Assembly: GCF_044704955.1 (NCBI RefSeq)
Contig: NC_091989.1
Coordinates: 84,692,001-84,756,000, forward strand
Direction of reading: 5' to 3'
Origin: Pristiophorus japonicus
Taxonomy: Eukaryota
Length of the DNA stretch: 64,000 nt
Shown: positions 59,270 through 64,000 of the stretch, in pieces
Layout: each line of letters starts with the position of its first letter
Position numbering within the stretch: the first letter of the stretch is position 1
Notes under the pieces: model-generated
Seen by the model: only the letters and a program-made list of their open reading frames with translations
Told to the model about the DNA's origin: nothing
The model's database searches: none
Program-made: the position numbers and the translations under genes

Positions 59270-60674
59270 GTGGTTCAGGTATTACAGACACCTACTACCC
59301 CCGAACCAACTACCCCACTTGCTACGACCTCACTTCCGGTTTGGGACTGCACCAAACACAAGCCAGGTCCAAGGGGAGGCGTTGTTATAAGACCGGCAAG
59401 AAAGGTTGTGTATGACAATGTACAGTGCAAAGTAGTACCCGTTGTGCTAAATATGTTAAATATGAAATTGTCCGACTGGTGTCCAAAGGAGCAGAAACAG
59501 ATCTACGCGAATTTGGTGAAGGTGTTGCTCAAGCAAGAGGTAGGAGACAGTATCACAGAGGGAAAAATGAGAAGGAAGAGAGGATTAATAAACGATGTAG
59601 GCACCATATATGGCGTCAGTATGGCTACTGTGAATACCCTGGATATATAGCAAGTTTGAACGATAAGATTAAAACTTTGACTAATCAGATCAAGGGAGTC
59701 CTAAAGGATTTGAACGACAATCAGTGAACTCATCACAGGCAGGAAAGGAAGATGCTCAGACACAGGAAGGGATAGTAAGAGTTTTAGAAGGACATGCTCA
59801 AACCATCAATAAAATAATTTGGGTAACTAAGAGACAGGACAATATAACCCAAAGCCAAACGTTATGTAGTGTTTACGGGGACTGGGATTTGAATCAACTG
59901 AGAAAACTTGATGTTAGCTAACCAGGCAAAAGTAGCAACCTGGATAAACAATACCCAACTGTTTAGACTAGTCAGAAGCAAGGATTGTGATGATGGTCAC
60001 ATTAACAATTATGAACTGAGGAAACTTAGTAAAGTTTGATTCAACAAGGACTGCAAGGGCAGTAGCAGTAATAGCTCCTTGGGTCTAGTTATTGGTATAC
60101 CGATTATGGTAGAGCAAGGAAAGATGGATTTGCTGGAGGTCCAGAATATAGGGAGAATACAGGGAGGAGTCTAGGTAAGGTATGACCATCTGTTGCCATA
60201 TGCTGTATCACAGAACGATACCTTGGTCGGCACCAGACTTGATCAATGCGAACAAACAGAACAAGTGGTGATATGTTCATACAAAATCTATTCCACCAAC
60301 ACCGCCAGGTGTGGGTTCAAAGTAAACCCACCCGTAAATTGCACCATGATGATTGAAGCAACTACGAAATCAATCATAAGAACCAATTACCAAGGAAACG
60401 GGGCTTACCACATCACCACGAATGAAAAAACTTACCATTATGAGAATAGAGTATGCCCCATAAAAGATTCCACCTTCTGTCTACATCCCCAAATACCAAT
60501 GAGACTGGGGAATGAAGAAATCATCAATATAGATAGAAGGCCAGCCGTGGAGATCAACATGAGCGTCAAACTAAAGGGACATCTGAGAGACTACTTTGCC
60601 AAATATGATAATGATATTGCGCTGGAAAAGGAACATTTGTTTAGGATCCACAGCCAGCCGGAATTAGTATATAA
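59270..60674 (+). pseudogene. env gene, F-type class I fusion glycoprotein-like, disrupted and cut by CR1
   Basis: Thr/Pro-rich start; furin site RRKR (59570-59581); fusion-peptide-like GLINDVGTIYGVSMATVN; heptad repeat; Cys-rich region CEQTEQVVIC...CGF...C; N-glycosylation sequons (NIT, NNT, NDT, NCT, NMS). Confidence 0.85.
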
Positions 60675-63600
60675 AACATAGAAACATGGAAACATAGAAA
60701 ATAGGTGCAGGAGTAGGCCATTCGGCCCTTCAAGCCTGCACCGCCATTCAATGAGTTCATGGCTGAACATGCAACTTCAGTACCCTATTCCTGCTTTCTT
60801 GCCATACCCCTTGATCCCCCTAGTAGTAAGGACTTCATCTAACTCCTTTTTGAATATATTTAGTGAATTGGCCTCAACAACTTTCTGTGGTAGAGAATTC
60901 CACAGGTTCACCACTCTTTGGGTGAAGAAGTTCCTCCTCATCTCGGTCCTAAATGGCTTACCCCTTATCCTAAGACTGCGTCCCCTGGTTCTGGACTTCC
61001 CATACATTGGGAAAATTCTTCCTGCATCTAACATGTCTAACCCCGTCAGAATTTGAAACGTTTCTATGAGGTCCCCTCTCATTCTTCTGAACTCCAGTGA
61101 ATACAAGCCCAGTTGATCCAGTCTTTCTTGATAGGTCAGTCCCGCCATCCCGGGAATCAGTCTGGTGAACCTTCGCTGCATTCCCTCAATAGCAAGAATG
61201 TCCTTCCTCAGGTTAGGAGACCAAAACTGTACACAATACTCCAGGTGTGGCCTCACCAAGGTCCTGTACAACTGCAGCAACACCTCCCTGCCCCTGTACT
61301 CAAATCCCCTCGCTATGAAGGCCAACATGCCATTTGCTTTCTTAACCGCCTGCTGTACCTGCATGCTAACCTTCAATGACTGATGTTCCATGACACCCAG
61401 GTCTCTTTGCACCTCCCCTTTTCCTAATCTGTCACCATTCAGATAATAGTCTGTCTCTCTGTTTTTACCACCAAAGTGGATTACCTCACATTTATCCACA
61501 TTATACTTCATCTGCCATGCATTTGCCCACTCACCTAACCTATCCAAGTCACTCTGCAGCCTCATAGCATCCTCCTCGCAGCTCACACTGCAACCCAACT
61601 TAGTGTCATCCGCAAATTTGGAGATACTACATTTAATCCCATCGTCTAAATCATTAATGTACAGTGTAAATAGCTGGGGCCCCAGCACAGAACCTTGCGG
61701 TACCCCACTAGTCACTGCCTGCCATTCTGAAAAGTACCCATTTACTCCTACTCTTTGCTTCCTGTCTGACAACCAGTTCTCAATCCATGTCAGCACACTA
61801 CCCCCAATCCGATATGCTTTAACTTTGCACATTAATCTCTTGTGTGGGACCTTGTCGAACGCCTTCTGAAAGTCCAAATATACCACATCAACTGGTTCTC
61901 CCTTGTCCACTCTACTGGAAACATCCTCAAAAAATTCCAGAAGATTTGTCAAGCATGACTTCCCTTTCACAAATCTATGCTGACTTGGACCTATCATGTC
62001 ACCATTTTCCAAATGCGCTGCTATGACATTCTTAATAATTGATTCCATCATTTTACCCACTACCGATGTCAGGCTGACCGGTCTATAATTCCCTTTTATC
62101 TCTCTCCCTCCTTTTTTAAAAAGTGGGGTTACATTGGCTACCCTCCACTCCATAGGAACTGATCCAGAGTCAATGGAATGTTGGAAAATGACTGTCAATG
62201 CATCCACTATTTCCAAGGCCACCTCCTTAAGTACTCTGGGATGTAGTCCATCAGGCCCTGGGGATTTATCGGCCTTCAATCCCATCAATTTCCCCAACAC
62301 AATTTCCCGACTAATAAGGATTTCCCTCAGTTCCTCCTCCTTACTAGACCCTCCGACCCCTTTTATATCCGGAAGGTTGTTTGTGTCCTCCTTAGTGAAT
62401 ACCGAACCAAAGTACTTGTTCAATTGATCTGCCATTTCTTTGTTCCCCGTTATGACTTCCCCTGATTCTGACTGCAGGGGACCAACGTTTGTCTTTACTA
62501 ACCTTTTTCTCTTTACATATCTATAGAAACTTTTGCTTCTTAATGTACTCCATTTTCCTTGCCCTAATCAAACCCTTTGTCCTCCTCTGCTGAGTTCTAA
62601 ATTTCTCCCGGTCCCCGGGTTCTCTGCTATTTCTGGCCAATTTGTATGCCACTTCCTTGGCTTTAATACTATCCCTGATTTCCCTTGATAGCCACGGTTG
62701 AGCCACCTTCCCTTTTTTATTTTTACGCCAGACAGGAATATACAATTGTTGTAGTTCATCCATGCGGTCTCTAAATGTCTGCCATTGCCCATCCACAGTC
62801 AACCCCTTAAGTATCATTCGCCAATCTATCCTAGCCAATTCACGCCTCATACCTTCAAAGTTAGCCTTCTTTAAGTTCCGGACCATGGTCTCTGAATTAA
62901 CTGTTTCATTCTCCATCCTAATGCAGAATTCCACCATATTATGGTCACTCTTTCCCAAGGGGCCTCGCACAACGAGATTGCTAATTAATCCTCTCTCATT
63001 ACACAACATCCAGTCTAAGATGGCCTCCCCCCTAGTTGGTTCCTCGACATATTGGTCTAAAAAAAACATCCCTTATGCACTCCAGGAAATCCTCCTCCAC
63101 CGTGTTGCTTCCAGTTTGGCTAGCCCAATCTATGTGTATATTAAAGTCACCCATTATAACTGCTGTACCTTTATTGCATGCACCCCTGATTTCCTGTTTG
63201 ATGCCCTCCCCAACATCACTACTACTGTTTGGAGGTCTGTACACAATTCCCACTAACGTTTTTTGCCCTTTGGTGTTCTGCAGCTCTACCCATTTAGATT
63301 CCACATCATCCAAGCTACTGTCCTTCCTAACTATTGCCTTAATCTCCTCCTTAACCAGCAATGCTACCCCACCTCCTTTTCCTTTTATTCTATCCTTCCT
63401 GAATGTTGAATACCCCTGGATGTTGAGTTCCCAGCCCTGATCATCCTGGAGCCACGTCTCCGTAATCCCAATCACATCATATTTGTTAACATCTATTTGC
63501 ACAGTTAATTCATCCACCTTATTGCGGGTACTCCTTGCATTAAGACACAAAGCCTTCAGGCTTGTTTTTTTAACATTCTTTGTCCTTTTAGAATTTTGCT

Positions 63601-64000
63601 GTACAATGGCCCTTTTTGTTCTTTGCCTTGGGTTTCTCTGCCCTCCACTTTTCCTCATCTCCTTTCTGTCTTTTGCTTTTGCCTCCTTTTTGTTTCCCTC
63701 TGTCTCCCTGCATTGGTTCCCATCCCCCTGCCATATTAGTTTAACTCCTCCCCAACAGCACTAGCAAACACTCCCCCTAGGACATTGGTTCCGGTCCTGC
63801 CCAGGTGCAGACCGTCCGGTTTGTACTGATCCCACTTCCCCCAGAACCGGTTCCAATGCCCTAGGAATTTGAATCTCTCCCTGCTGCACCACTGCTCAAG
63901 CCACATATTCATCTGCGCTATCCTGCGATTCCTACTCTGACTAGCACGTGGCACTGGTAGCAATCCCGAGATTACTACTTTTGAGGTCCTACTTTTTAAG
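60675..64000 (-). mobile_element. Young, near full-length CR1 LINE (runs off the window)
   Basis: Uninterrupted 552-aa ORF 60777-62435 with the complete RT (SKFADDTK); endonuclease ORFs 62521-63658; ORF1 end 63736-64000; only two visible frameshifts in ORF2. Confidence 0.97.

Larger units (their letters stand above)
53903..60674 (+). mobile_element. Endogenous retrovirus-like element lacking pol (LTR-PBS-gag-coiled-coil ORF-env), interrupted by CR1s; 3' end not in the window
   Basis: TG...CA LTR, perfect tRNA-Arg PBS, gag-like ORF remnants with PPPY, env with furin site and fusion peptide; no protease, RT or integrase motifs between them. Confidence 0.85.

Noticed and set aside
23821-63764. 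Recurrent ORFs such as MPPKWITSHLS..., ...SSANLEILH... and MKKFLLISVLNG...
   Set aside because: Antisense frames of CR1 ORF2, not independent genes.

Overview
Repeat-dense vertebrate DNA, most likely a cartilaginous fish. This is inferred from the CR1 subfamilies, the DeuSINE/SacSINE-type SINEs and the GPR139/142-like GPCR exon. Most of the window is nested, decayed CR1 LINEs. Two host genes are visible: a 4-finger C2H2 zinc-finger exon (27705-28186, +), with a candidate CpG-island promoter and in-frame upstream exon at 13.05-14.1 kb, and an intact GPR139/GPR142-like GPCR main exon (41466-42358, -). Other mobile DNA includes a decayed Gypsy LTR retrotransposon (14.6-22.3 kb) with two nested insertions, a decayed two-gene Harbinger transposon, two Harbinger-type MITEs, a Tx1-like LINE fragment, SINEs and three minisatellites. 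The most notable signal is a pair of related, pol-less endogenous retrovirus-like elements. Each has a tRNA-Arg primer-binding site, a coiled-coil Gag-like N-terminus and an Env resembling paramyxo/pneumovirus F-type fusion proteins (lokiretrovirus-like by inference). One spans 53903-60674 (+) and has a duplicated coiled-coil module; the other is a 2.9-kb two-LTR mini-element at 15755-18668 (-). All assignments were made by eye without database searches; boundaries of decayed repeats are approximate.
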